DNA of 64,000 nt from Promethearchaeota archaeon (GCA_011364975.1 RDOE01000002.1:9793-73792); one strand, 5' to 3'; shown: positions 29,960 to 39,053, counted from the first letter of the stretch. Notes: generated from the sequence alone by a model not told the origin. Program-made: numbers and translations.

Positions 29960-29973
29960 GATTAACATTTAAG

Positions 29974-31206
29974 GTGATAATATTGGATAAGGATTCAGAT
30001 TTTTTTGCAAAAGGAATGTCAGCGGAAGAGAGAGATCTGTATGATCGCCAATTTCGTTTAGAAGGATGGTCTCAGAAATTGGTAAAAAACTCGAGAGTCT
30101 TAATAGCAGGTGTTGGTGGATTAGGTTGTGAAATTGCAAAAAATCTAGCGATGTTAGGAGTAGGTCATTTAGATCTTGTTGATTTAGACATTATTGAGCA
30201 TTCTAATTTAAATCGTCAAATTTTATTTACAGGCGCTAAGTTAGGGGCACCAAAAGCAATTGTCGCGGCTCAAAAATTAACCGAGATTAATCCAAATATT
30301 GTTGTGAAAGGATATCATTCTTCTTTAGAACGGTTAGACCCTGCTTTATACTATGCTGCTGATGTTATTATTGGAGGCCTTGATTCAATGAATGCCCGCT
30401 TGAATTTAAATGCTCAGTGTATACGCTTTAGAAAGCCGTTTGTAGATGGTGGAGTATCTGGTTATCATGGGCATATGTATTCGATCTTTCCTTATCAAAA
30501 TGCTTGTTATGAATGTAATCCACTTCCAGTATCGGAAAGTGATGAAATGGCGGCCTGTACTGTAGTAGGGGTTCCTCGAAAACGTATTCATTGTCTTTTT
30601 AAAGGAGATATGGCCTTTAAAGAAAAATTTGATAGAGATCCAAATCCAAAAAATATAACAGATATTGAATTTATTCAAAAAGTTGCAAATGAATTAGTAA
30701 ATAAACATAATTTCTTACCAGAATATACAATAGATGATATTGTTAAAATCATTAATCGCCACGATCCTGGGATCATCACGATTAATGCGGTAATATCTGC
30801 TTTAGAATCTCATGAGGCTGTTAAAATATTGCATTGGAAAAAAGGTCATAAGGGTTTAGGACACCCTATTGCGAGTTATGTAATATTTAATGCAATGACA
30901 ATGAAACTTTATCACATAGAAAAGAAGAGAAATCCAGAATGTTCTCAATGTGGTAAAAATACAAGGCGTGTGGTCATAAAGATGAGAGCTCAATCACCAT
31001 GTTTGAATATAATTCGAACATTAAAAAAGAATGGGTTTGAATTAGAGCCTGAATTTGAACCAGTTCTAACCCTGCAAGATTATAATGATATCTTGGTTTT
31101 AGATTTAGAGCAGAGTTTGATTGAGAATGGTTTGAGGAATTACGAATTTTTAACTGTTGCAGGGTTTAAGGGTGGAGAAATTTATGTTACCTTAAAATTA
31201 ATTTAA
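29974..31206 (+). CDS. ubiquitin-activating enzyme E1 (UBA3/UBA2-like)
   Basis: YDRQ, GVGGLG, D.D.IE.SNLNRQ, CYEC, catalytic ACTVVGVPRKRIHC, CSQC and a C-terminal UFD-like domain. Probable start is the TTG at 29983 after GGTGA. Confidence 0.93.
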   Translation: MIILDKDSDFFAKGMSAEERDLYDRQFRLEGWSQKLVKNSRVLIAGVGGLGCEIAKNLAMLGVGHLDLVDLDIIEHSNLNRQILFTGAKLGAPKAIVAAQKLTEINPNIVVKGYHSSLERLDPALYYAADVIIGGLDSMNARLNLNAQCIRFRKPFVDGGVSGYHGHMYSIFPYQNACYECNPLPVSESDEMAACTVVGVPRKRIHCLFKGDMAFKEKFDRDPNPKNITDIEFIQKVANELVNKHNFLPEYTIDDIVKIINRHDPGIITINAVISALESHEAVKILHWKKGHKGLGHPIASYVIFNAMTMKLYHIEKKRNPECSQCGKNTRRVVIKMRAQSPCLNIIRTLKKNGFELEPEFEPVLTLQDYNDILVLDLEQSLIENGLRNYEFLTVAGFKGGEIYVTLKLI

Positions 31207-31298
31207 AGTTTAATTTAAAAATGATTGGTATCTAAAATTTATCAATAAAAGAAAAGTATGATAAAAAAATTATAATTATAATAAAAAAGGTTAAGAAA

Positions 31299-31826
31299 AT
31301 GAGTATAAGAAGTAGTCGGATTTCTCAAGATTTTGCAGGATTAAAAAAGTTACTCAAGGATGGTACTATTATTCAATTAAAACCTTTTAATCCAAAAAAG
31401 AAAAGCATTGATCATTTAGCAATTACGCTCAAAGGACCTAAAAATACAGCATATGCAGGAGGCTTGTTTAAATTGGAGATGAGTTTCCCTGCTCAATATC
31501 CTAAGCAACCACCATTTGTAAGAATGCACACTCCGATATGGCATCCAAATTTTTGGCCAAAACCAAATGAATATAAGGGACAGAGAAATATTTGTTTAGC
31601 ATTAGTGGATCCTTCTTTAGCAGGTAAAAAAGGAGGATGGAGTCCTTCAAAAACTGCTGTCACCATTGTTCAAGCCATAATTGCTATGTTAAATACCAGT
31701 GGTAAATATGTAAATCCTACTGATGTGTTTAATAAGAAAGCTGCAATGGAAATGATGAAAGATCCAAAGTTTTTCGATAAAAAGGTTAAAAATTTAGTAA
31801 AGAAGTATGCAAAGGATAAATGGTGA
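31299..31826 (+). CDS. ubiquitin-conjugating enzyme E2 (UBC)
   Basis: GP..T.Y.GG.F, YPKQPP, HPN, catalytic ICL, WSP. Confidence 0.94.
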   Translation: MSIRSSRISQDFAGLKKLLKDGTIIQLKPFNPKKKSIDHLAITLKGPKNTAYAGGLFKLEMSFPAQYPKQPPFVRMHTPIWHPNFWPKPNEYKGQRNICLALVDPSLAGKKGGWSPSKTAVTIVQAIIAMLNTSGKYVNPTDVFNKKAAMEMMKDPKFFDKKVKNLVKKYAKDKW

Positions 31827-31832
31827 ATCTAA

Positions 31833-32654
31833 ATGAATGAAGATGATAAGATTAGTATCTCGATTAAGGAAGCAGTTAAGCAAAAAATTAAAGAGAAAAT
31901 TAAAAAAGAATTACTTGAAGAGATATATAATGAACTAAAGTTAGAAGAAGAATTAGAGGAAGAAATAACATTTGAGTTAATAGATACCAAACCGTTAGAA
32001 CACTCAGAAAGTATTAAGGAAAAACTCGAACCCATTCCTATGGTGCCAGTAAAAACTACCGCTAATAGTGATAAAATTAAAGCACAAATTGTGATAACTG
32101 TTAAAGCTGTTCTAAAGATCGCAAGTCATTCTTTAAAGTACGCTCACTCTAAAATTCCACGAGAAGATTGGGTTGAAGTGATCGGCTTGTTGGCAGGAAA
32201 ATACGATAACGCAAAGGGAGTGTTATATGTTGAAGATGCTTATCCTATGGGTCATGGCACAGCTGTCTACGCAGAGATTAATGTTGAAAGGAATCGAAAG
32301 TCTGGTCATGAACGAGCGTATGAAGAAATTATCAAAAAGGGGTTATTCATTTGTGGATGGTATCATTCTCATCCTTCCTATGGTTGTTTTATGTCTAGAG
32401 AAGATTTAGGAACTCAAGCACGGTATCAAAAGTTATGGGATAAAGCTATAGCTTTAGTTATAGATCCATATCAAATTAATGGATTATCATTAGGATTTGA
32501 AATATATCGTGCAAATTTTAAAACTAAAAAATGGTTTTCGGTACCTTTTGACATCAAGGGGTACTTAGACGTAAAAATGTTACCTGAGATATTAGACTTT
32601 ATGAATCCAATAATTGAGGGAAGAGCAGCCTATTTAGAATATGATGAAGAATAA
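31833..32654 (+). CDS. JAMM/MPN+ metallo-isopeptidase (CSN5/Rpn11-like)
   Basis: EVIGLLAG and GWYHSHPSYGCFMSREDLGTQ...ALVIDP. Confidence 0.94.
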   Translation: MNEDDKISISIKEAVKQKIKEKIKKELLEEIYNELKLEEELEEEITFELIDTKPLEHSESIKEKLEPIPMVPVKTTANSDKIKAQIVITVKAVLKIASHSLKYAHSKIPREDWVEVIGLLAGKYDNAKGVLYVEDAYPMGHGTAVYAEINVERNRKSGHERAYEEIIKKGLFICGWYHSHPSYGCFMSREDLGTQARYQKLWDKAIALVIDPYQINGLSLGFEIYRANFKTKKWFSVPFDIKGYLDVKMLPEILDFMNPIIEGRAAYLEYDEE

Positions 32655-32683
32655 TTTTTGAGTTGAAAGGGGTTAATTAAATC

Positions 32684-33880
32684 ATGGTAAAAAAGAAGGG
32701 AATAGCAATAATATTTATTCTATTTCTCCTAATAGGACTTATCCATGGTTTAATTTCAATTTCACTAAATATTTCTTTAACCTGGATATTAATTGGATTG
32801 TGGATAATAGTTTCCTTAAAAATTATAGAAAATATAAGAAGACATCGCGAGTTTAATTCTCCTCATAATACTGCCTTTTTTGTTGTAATCCCTTTATTCA
32901 TGGGGATTTTTTATTCCATTTGGGGGTATTTTACGGGTATTTTTGGAGAAAATCTTATCGAAGGTTCGAATCTTTATTTTAGTGGTTGGAGTCTTATTTT
33001 TGGATTTCCTTATGTAACATATGGTTCCTACTCATTATATCGTTGCTTTAAGAAATATAATGTTATTTATTTTGGGGCAAAATCTATAAAAGCTAAGACT
33101 TTTGGATTTATTTTAGCTTTTGTGGTACTTAGCTTTATTATAACTTATTGGATAATATTTTATTCAATATTTGATTATTTTGAGACAATATTAATACCAC
33201 TTCATTTGTCGTTAAATCTTAATCTTTTAATATTATTTATTAGTTCTATTTTAATATTAACTATATTTGGATTTTTTGCTTCACAGAGAACCCTACCTGC
33301 ATTAACTAATGATTATATAGAACAACGAACGAGAAAAATAAATTCTTTAGCGAATGCTTCACCGTCATCTTTGCCCAGAACTCAGAGACGACAAGTAACA
33401 AATAGACACTCAATCCAAACGCCCTCCAGTAAAACTGAAACTATTGCTTCAAGAACTCGAACTAATTCATCAAGAACTACTCCAACCTCTCAAAGAAAGA
33501 CTCAAAGGACCAAGATAACTTATAAAACGAATTCAACAAGAAAAACCTCTGGAACATCACAAAATCGAGGAAAAAAAATGCGAAATTTAGATATATACAA
33601 ACCTATAGCAGCATTACTTTCACCAGAAGATTTTAAATGTATTTTCTGCTTTAAATTACCAAAACTCCCCGAAGATAGAAGTAGAGGTATCATTTTATGC
33701 CCAAATTGTAAATATCCTGCACATGCAGATGAGTTCAAAGATTGGGTAAGAACTTCGAATCTCTGTTCAAGATGCAGTACACCAATTTCCTCTAGCTTCA
33801 GAAACAATCCTAAAATTATTAGCGTAAAAAATTATATGGTAATTTATAAATACTTTTTAAACAAGAAAAATAAAAAATAG
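32684..33880 (+). CDS. multi-pass membrane protein with a C-terminal RING-variant finger (putative E3 ligase)
   Basis: About 6 TM helices, an S/T/R-rich linker, then CIFC-x16-CPNC-x4-H-x2-E-x3-W-x6-CSRC. Confidence 0.78.
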   Translation: MVKKKGIAIIFILFLLIGLIHGLISISLNISLTWILIGLWIIVSLKIIENIRRHREFNSPHNTAFFVVIPLFMGIFYSIWGYFTGIFGENLIEGSNLYFSGWSLIFGFPYVTYGSYSLYRCFKKYNVIYFGAKSIKAKTFGFILAFVVLSFIITYWIIFYSIFDYFETILIPLHLSLNLNLLILFISSILILTIFGFFASQRTLPALTNDYIEQRTRKINSLANASPSSLPRTQRRQVTNRHSIQTPSSKTETIASRTRTNSSRTTPTSQRKTQRTKITYKTNSTRKTSGTSQNRGKKMRNLDIYKPIAALLSPEDFKCIFCFKLPKLPEDRSRGIILCPNCKYPAHADEFKDWVRTSNLCSRCSTPISSSFRNNPKIISVKNYMVIYKYFLNKKNKK

Positions 33881-33899
33881 ATGTATGTCCTACTAAAAT

Positions 33900-34859
33900 T
33901 TAGTGGGGCAATTTTACGCTTTTGGTTAATTCTCCTATTGTAGTTTCTAATTCAGAGTATACGTTATGGGGGTGAATCGACTCATAACTTTCAATTTTAA
34001 AAATTATTTTAAAATTGTCTTCTAAATTGGGAAAATTGCGTAAAATGAAATTTTTTGCCATTTCTCTTATAACATCCTCAGCAAATAGAGGCTTTAAATG
34101 AGCAGTTCTCACTAATTTTGCCTCTTCAGGTCGCTTTAAGACTGATTGCATTTTCCCACTCATTGATTCTTCGATTACATCAATTATATCTAAAACATCA
34201 ATTTTATGGTGGTTTAAATCTTTGATTTGCACAATAATTGTTCCCAATGATCTCTGATTATGAGAACTAAAAGGTAAAATATTTAGCAATTTTTTGACGA
34301 TCTCAGGTGACAAGTCGATATCTTTTCTATTTTTAATGATTTCCTCAGCATATTCCTGGCTCATTTCCTTTGCACAAGGGCATACAGTCATTCCTAAAGC
34401 GCTCGCTCCGATATAATAATTGAAATCAACACTCTGATCTTCTTTCTTTATTGCTTTAACAGATGAACTTATATCATATGCCTTTTGAATAGTTCGTTGT
34501 TGGTCATCCTTAGCTAACACAATTATCTTTCCTTCAAGATTTACATGCACTTTTTCTGTATAAGGATGTTTTTCAAGCAATTTCCTAGCTATTCTATCTC
34601 CAACCGCCTCAACTGAAGGTGTTGATTTAAAAATTACCTCATTAATTATCTCTTCAATTGTTTCTGAAGTTCTCGACATATGAATTCCTCTTTGTTGAGC
34701 AGGAAGGGAAATTAAAGCAGAAATTTTAGGATAAAAAGAATATTTTTTATTCTGTTGAACGATATCAACCTTTTTTTCAACACCTACAATACCCACTTTA
34801 TCAATTGATATATCAATAATGGACCCTGAATCTTGTAAATCTTTTTTAAATTGATGAAT
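33900..34859 (-). CDS. mptA: GTP cyclohydrolase MptA/FolE2 family
   Basis: RGIHMSR, GMTVCPCA, HNQR, LKRPEE, FAED, ESIHPHN. The conserved DLQ..IDKVG lies upstream of the tracked GTG at 34796, implying an ATT start at 34859. Confidence 0.9.
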   Translation of the reverse strand: MHQFKKDLQDSGSIIDISIDKVGIVGVEKKVDIVQQNKKYSFYPKISALISLPAQQRGIHMSRTSETIEEIINEVIFKSTPSVEAVGDRIARKLLEKHPYTEKVHVNLEGKIIVLAKDDQQRTIQKAYDISSSVKAIKKEDQSVDFNYYIGASALGMTVCPCAKEMSQEYAEEIIKNRKDIDLSPEIVKKLLNILPFSSHNQRSLGTIIVQIKDLNHHKIDVLDIIDVIEESMSGKMQSVLKRPEEAKLVRTAHLKPLFAEDVIREMAKNFILRNFPNLEDNFKIIFKIESYESIHPHNVYSELETTIGELTKSVKLPH

Positions 34860-34965
34860 TCATAACCACCGATTTTTTCTCTATTTATAAAGATATCTCA
34901 ATTTTTATAATATATATTCGATTATATTATTTTTTGAAATAATAGAAAAAGAATTGTAGTAACTC

Positions 34966-36138
34966 ATGTCTAATTTAATAATTAAGAGTGATTTTGGGTT
35001 TATAGGTGAGGATTTAGAGCTAAAAGCAGAGATATCCATCACCATCAACGAAAAAGGAAGGATTAAAGATATAGATTGTAAAGATATAGGGGATTCAAAC
35101 AACATAAAGTATAATGAAAATTCCTCGTTAATCATTCCTGGATTAATTAACTCTCACATTCATATTGGTGATAGCTTTGCGAGAGAATTAGGATATAATA
35201 AACATTTAATTGATGTTGTTGCGCCACCAAATGGATTAAAACATAAACTTTTGAATATAGTTGACAGAAATCTTATGATAAAAGGTATAAAAACAGCTAT
35301 AGCTGAAATGTTATCATATGGAATTACATTTTTCATTGATTATCGGGAAAATGGTTTGGATGGTATTAAGATACTTCAAGAAGCTCTTAAAGACACTTCC
35401 ATTAGAAGGATGATACTAGGAAGACCGAATTATGATAAAGAGTTAGAAACGATATATAAGGAAGCCGATGGAGTAGGGTTTGCAAGTTATAATCATGTGT
35501 CAAATAAAATCAGAGAGAAACTTAAACTAATAAAAAAGACAATTCCTGGAAAAATTATATCTTGTCATGATGGTGAATTAGAAAGAAATGAGGAATTATT
35601 CGATAAATTAGTTAACGATAGGTTAATTAATGTTATAATCCATGGTACTCATTATAATGAGCAAGATTTAGAGGCAATAAAACAAAGAGCCATTTCATTG
35701 GTATTATGCCCTAGAAGTAATGGATATTTTGGATTGGGATTTCCTCCGATTTCCCAAATTATTAGGCTGCGTATTCCAATAAGCATAGGAACTGATAATG
35801 TGATGGTAAACAACCTTGATTTATTCGAAGAATTACGTTATTTATATCGGATATACAGGGTATTAGATAAGGATAAAAAAAATCCACTCTTACCATCCAG
35901 AGAACTACTAAAAATGATTACTATTAATGCCGCGAGAAATTTCAAAATAGAGGAAGATCATGGTTCCATATCCAAAGGTAAGTTTGCAGATTTTTTTAAG
36001 GTAAATCTAGCTGCAACTAACTTTTACAGCATTTATACAAATACAGCGCATTTCTGTGACTTATTAGTTCAAAGATTAAAGTCAAATAACATTAGCAAAG
36101 TATATATTGGAGGTAAGACGGTTTATGAAAGAGATTGA
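34966..36138 (+). CDS. amidohydrolase-family deaminase
   Basis: PGLINSHIHIGD, VAPPNGLKH, H..E, CPRSN, GTDN. Confidence 0.88.
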   Translation: MSNLIIKSDFGFIGEDLELKAEISITINEKGRIKDIDCKDIGDSNNIKYNENSSLIIPGLINSHIHIGDSFARELGYNKHLIDVVAPPNGLKHKLLNIVDRNLMIKGIKTAIAEMLSYGITFFIDYRENGLDGIKILQEALKDTSIRRMILGRPNYDKELETIYKEADGVGFASYNHVSNKIREKLKLIKKTIPGKIISCHDGELERNEELFDKLVNDRLINVIIHGTHYNEQDLEAIKQRAISLVLCPRSNGYFGLGFPPISQIIRLRIPISIGTDNVMVNNLDLFEELRYLYRIYRVLDKDKKNPLLPSRELLKMITINAARNFKIEEDHGSISKGKFADFFKVNLAATNFYSIYTNTAHFCDLLVQRLKSNNISKVYIGGKTVYERD

Positions 36139-36796
36139 ACGACCATATATAATTTTAAGTTGTGCAATGACTATAGATGGAAAAATAGCATCTAAAATAG
36201 GTGATACCGAGTTATCTGATGAGATAGATTGGAGAGAGGTACATAAGCTTAGAAGCAAAGTAGACGCAATCCTTGTGGGAAAAGGGACAATTATAAAAGA
36301 CAATCCGAAACTTCATATTAAATTTGTAGATCATCAAGGATATTACAGACTGGTTGTTGATAGTAACCTTTCAATACCTATTGATGCACAAGTTATTAAG
36401 TATAAACCAGATCTCTATCCTACAATAATAATTACTACTGAAAATATAAAGTTGAATAAAGTTGCTCAATATGAAAAAGCGGGAGTTAAAATTATAAAAT
36501 CAGGCAAACAAGAAAGGGTAGATATTATTAAATTAATGCCTTTACTTTATCAAAAAGGAATTCATAAAATATTATTAGAAGGAGGCGGTAATCTAAATTG
36601 GAGTTTTATTAAGGCGAAATTAGTAGATGAATTGCGAATAACTATAGCTCCTTGGATTATTGGTGGTGAAAATGCTGTAAGTATAGTTGAAGGAGATGGC
36701 TTTTTAAAGATGATTGAATGTCCTAGGTTTAGATTAATAGAAACAAAACAATGGAATAATTATATTACCTTATTTTATGAAAAGGATTATGAATGA
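36107..36796 (+). CDS. arfC: 2,5-diamino-6-ribosylamino-4(3H)-pyrimidinone 5'-phosphate reductase (RibD-C)
   Basis: AMTIDGKIA, VHKLR, DAILVG.GT...DNP.L, LLEGGG. Probable start is the ATG at 36125. Confidence 0.88.
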   Translation: MEVRRFMKEIERPYIILSCAMTIDGKIASKIGDTELSDEIDWREVHKLRSKVDAILVGKGTIIKDNPKLHIKFVDHQGYYRLVVDSNLSIPIDAQVIKYKPDLYPTIIITTENIKLNKVAQYEKAGVKIIKSGKQERVDIIKLMPLLYQKGIHKILLEGGGNLNWSFIKAKLVDELRITIAPWIIGGENAVSIVEGDGFLKMIECPRFRLIETKQWNNYITLFYEKDYE

Positions 36797-37901
36797 AGAG
36801 AAGAATCAGATCGAGAAATTAAAGACTTTAAGTTTAAAGAAACTAAAAACTTTAGTAAAAGAGATTAAATCACAATTACCAGAAAAGGATCAGAATATTA
36901 TTACCTATTCTAAAAATTTTACTTTAGTTCTTTCAACGTATTGTTCAAATAGATGTAGTTATTGTTATTTTAATCATAGAATTCAGAAAGAACAAGAAGA
37001 TGATAATGTAACTCTATTAGAAAAAGAAAAAGTAGTATCTACTTTATTGATCGCAAAACAATATGATTGTAAAGAAGCTCTTTTAATGTCAGGAGAGTGT
37101 TCTGATCATTTTAAAGAAGTAAGAGAGGAATTATTAAAAAGTAATTATCAAAGTTTTATTGAATATGTAAGTAGTTTATGTGAAAGGTTATTACAACAAA
37201 ATTTCTTACCCCATACAAATATAGGTACTCTTAATTATCAAGATTTAAAGGAGTTGAAAAAATACAATGCAAGTATGGGATTGATGTTAGAAAGTACAAA
37301 TAATAAATTATGTAAACCAGGAGGAGTACATCAATATTCACCTGATAAAGCACCTGAAAGAAGGATAAAACATATTGAAGATGCAGGTGAACTGAAAATA
37401 CCATTTACTACTGGATTATTACTTGGAATTGGAGAAACAATTGAAGATAGAATTAATGATTTATTTCTCATTAAGCAACTCAATGAAAGATATGGCCATA
37501 TCCAAGAAATTATTATTCAGAATTTTATTCCACATCAAGGGATTTCATATGAACCAAAGCATTTAATCACAATAAAAGAAACTTTAAGAACCGCTGCTTT
37601 AGCAAAAATCATATGTGGAAATGATATTTCTATTCAAGTACCTCCAAATTTAATCAGAGAATATGAAAGCTTTGCTATTGATCTTGGGATAGATGATTTT
37701 GGTGGTATATCTCCATTTACTAAGGATTATATAAATCCCAAACATCCATGGCCTCAAATTACATACTTAAAGGAAATATGTGAATCCAAAGGGGTAATTT
37801 TTAAAGAAAGATATCCTATTTATGACAAATTTATAGAAAAATCTGAATTTTGTCCAGAAAATATTAAAAATACAATAAATAATATTAAGCAAAATGAATA
37901 G
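36777..37901 (+). CDS. cofG: FO synthase subunit CofG (radical SAM)
   Basis: ITYSKN, CSNRCSYC, LPHTN, SMGLMLE, FTTGLLLGIGE, QVPPNL, DDFGGISP. Confidence 0.93.
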   Translation: MKRIMNEEKNQIEKLKTLSLKKLKTLVKEIKSQLPEKDQNIITYSKNFTLVLSTYCSNRCSYCYFNHRIQKEQEDDNVTLLEKEKVVSTLLIAKQYDCKEALLMSGECSDHFKEVREELLKSNYQSFIEYVSSLCERLLQQNFLPHTNIGTLNYQDLKELKKYNASMGLMLESTNNKLCKPGGVHQYSPDKAPERRIKHIEDAGELKIPFTTGLLLGIGETIEDRINDLFLIKQLNERYGHIQEIIIQNFIPHQGISYEPKHLITIKETLRTAALAKIICGNDISIQVPPNLIREYESFAIDLGIDDFGGISPFTKDYINPKHPWPQITYLKEICESKGVIFKERYPIYDKFIEKSEFCPENIKNTINNIKQNE

Positions 37902-39018
37902 CAGAGAAATTATAATTGATCCTAAAATTAGGTCTATTTTAAAGAAAGCGGAAGATTCAGAGGAAATTTCTCCTCAAGAGGGTTTAGTTTTGTTAAAAGT
38001 TACGGGGAAGGAGTTTTTCGCTTTACAACAGACCGCAGATCGTTTATGTTTTGAAAAAAAAGAAAATGTTGTTACTTTTGTGATCAACCGGAATATAAAT
38101 TTTACTAATATATGTTATCAAGGTTGTAAATTTTGTTCATTTAGCGTTCATAATAAGCATGAAGATGGGTACCTTTTAACAATTGAACAAGTAAGAAACA
38201 AAACAGAACAAGCTAAAGATGTTGGTTGTACTGAGGTATGTATTCAAGGAGGAATTAATCCAAATTTAGATATTGATTATTACTTAAATATTCTTAAAAC
38301 GGTTAAACAAGTTGATTCTAAGATCCATACGCACGCTTTTTCACCTCAGGAAGTATATTCCATGTCAAATTTATATCAAACTTCAATAGAAGAGACATTA
38401 AAAGAATTAAAAAGTGCAGGGTTGGATTCTATGCCGGGAACTGCTGCTGAGATATTAGTAGATAAAATTAGACACATAATCTGTCCAAATAAAATTACAA
38501 GCTCACAATGGATTGAAATCATTAAACAAGCTCATATCTTAGGGATTCCCACAACTTCTACAATTATGTATGGTCATATTGAAGAACTAAAAGATCGTAT
38601 TAGTCATCTTGAAATTATAAGAGAGCTACAAAGAGAAACAGGTGGGTTTACAGAATTTGTGCCACTTCCATTTGTAAGAGAAAACCCCGCATTATCAAAA
38701 TTACCTGAATTTCCTTTAAGGCCCAGTTATGGAATGGCGGACCTAAAATTATTTTGTGTAGCACGCTTATTTTTTAATAATTATATTGATAATATTCAGT
38801 GTTCATGGGTTAAATTAGGTCCAAAATTTGCCCAAGTTTCTCTTAATTATGGAGTAAATGATTTTTCTGGAACTCTAATGGAAGAGAATATTTCTAAAAG
38901 CGCAGGAGCAGAATTTGGAGAATATTTAAAACCTCAAGAAATAATAAATATCATTAAAGATGCCGCAAAAAAACCAGCGCAGAGGGATACTCTTTATAAA
39001 ATTTTAAAATATTTTTAA
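37894..39018 (+). CDS. cofH: FO synthase subunit CofH (radical SAM)
   Basis: NRNINFTNICYQGCKFC, PGTAAEIL, TIMYGH, SWVKLG, GTLMEENIS. Adjacent to cofG. Confidence 0.93.
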   Translation: MNSREIIIDPKIRSILKKAEDSEEISPQEGLVLLKVTGKEFFALQQTADRLCFEKKENVVTFVINRNINFTNICYQGCKFCSFSVHNKHEDGYLLTIEQVRNKTEQAKDVGCTEVCIQGGINPNLDIDYYLNILKTVKQVDSKIHTHAFSPQEVYSMSNLYQTSIEETLKELKSAGLDSMPGTAAEILVDKIRHIICPNKITSSQWIEIIKQAHILGIPTTSTIMYGHIEELKDRISHLEIIRELQRETGGFTEFVPLPFVRENPALSKLPEFPLRPSYGMADLKLFCVARLFFNNYIDNIQCSWVKLGPKFAQVSLNYGVNDFSGTLMEENISKSAGAEFGEYLKPQEIINIIKDAAKKPAQRDTLYKILKYF

Positions 39019-39053
39019 AACTTAAAAGATAAATAAACAATTAATTTTTTAAT

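Noticed and set aside
24945-32654. Type II CBASS or Bil-type anti-phage interpretation of NTase plus E1/E2/JAB
   Set aside because: The NTase is on the opposite strand and resembles the archaeal COG1665 type. E1 and E2 are separate eukaryote-like enzymes with a RING partner, and there is no effector gene. A defence role is not strictly excluded.
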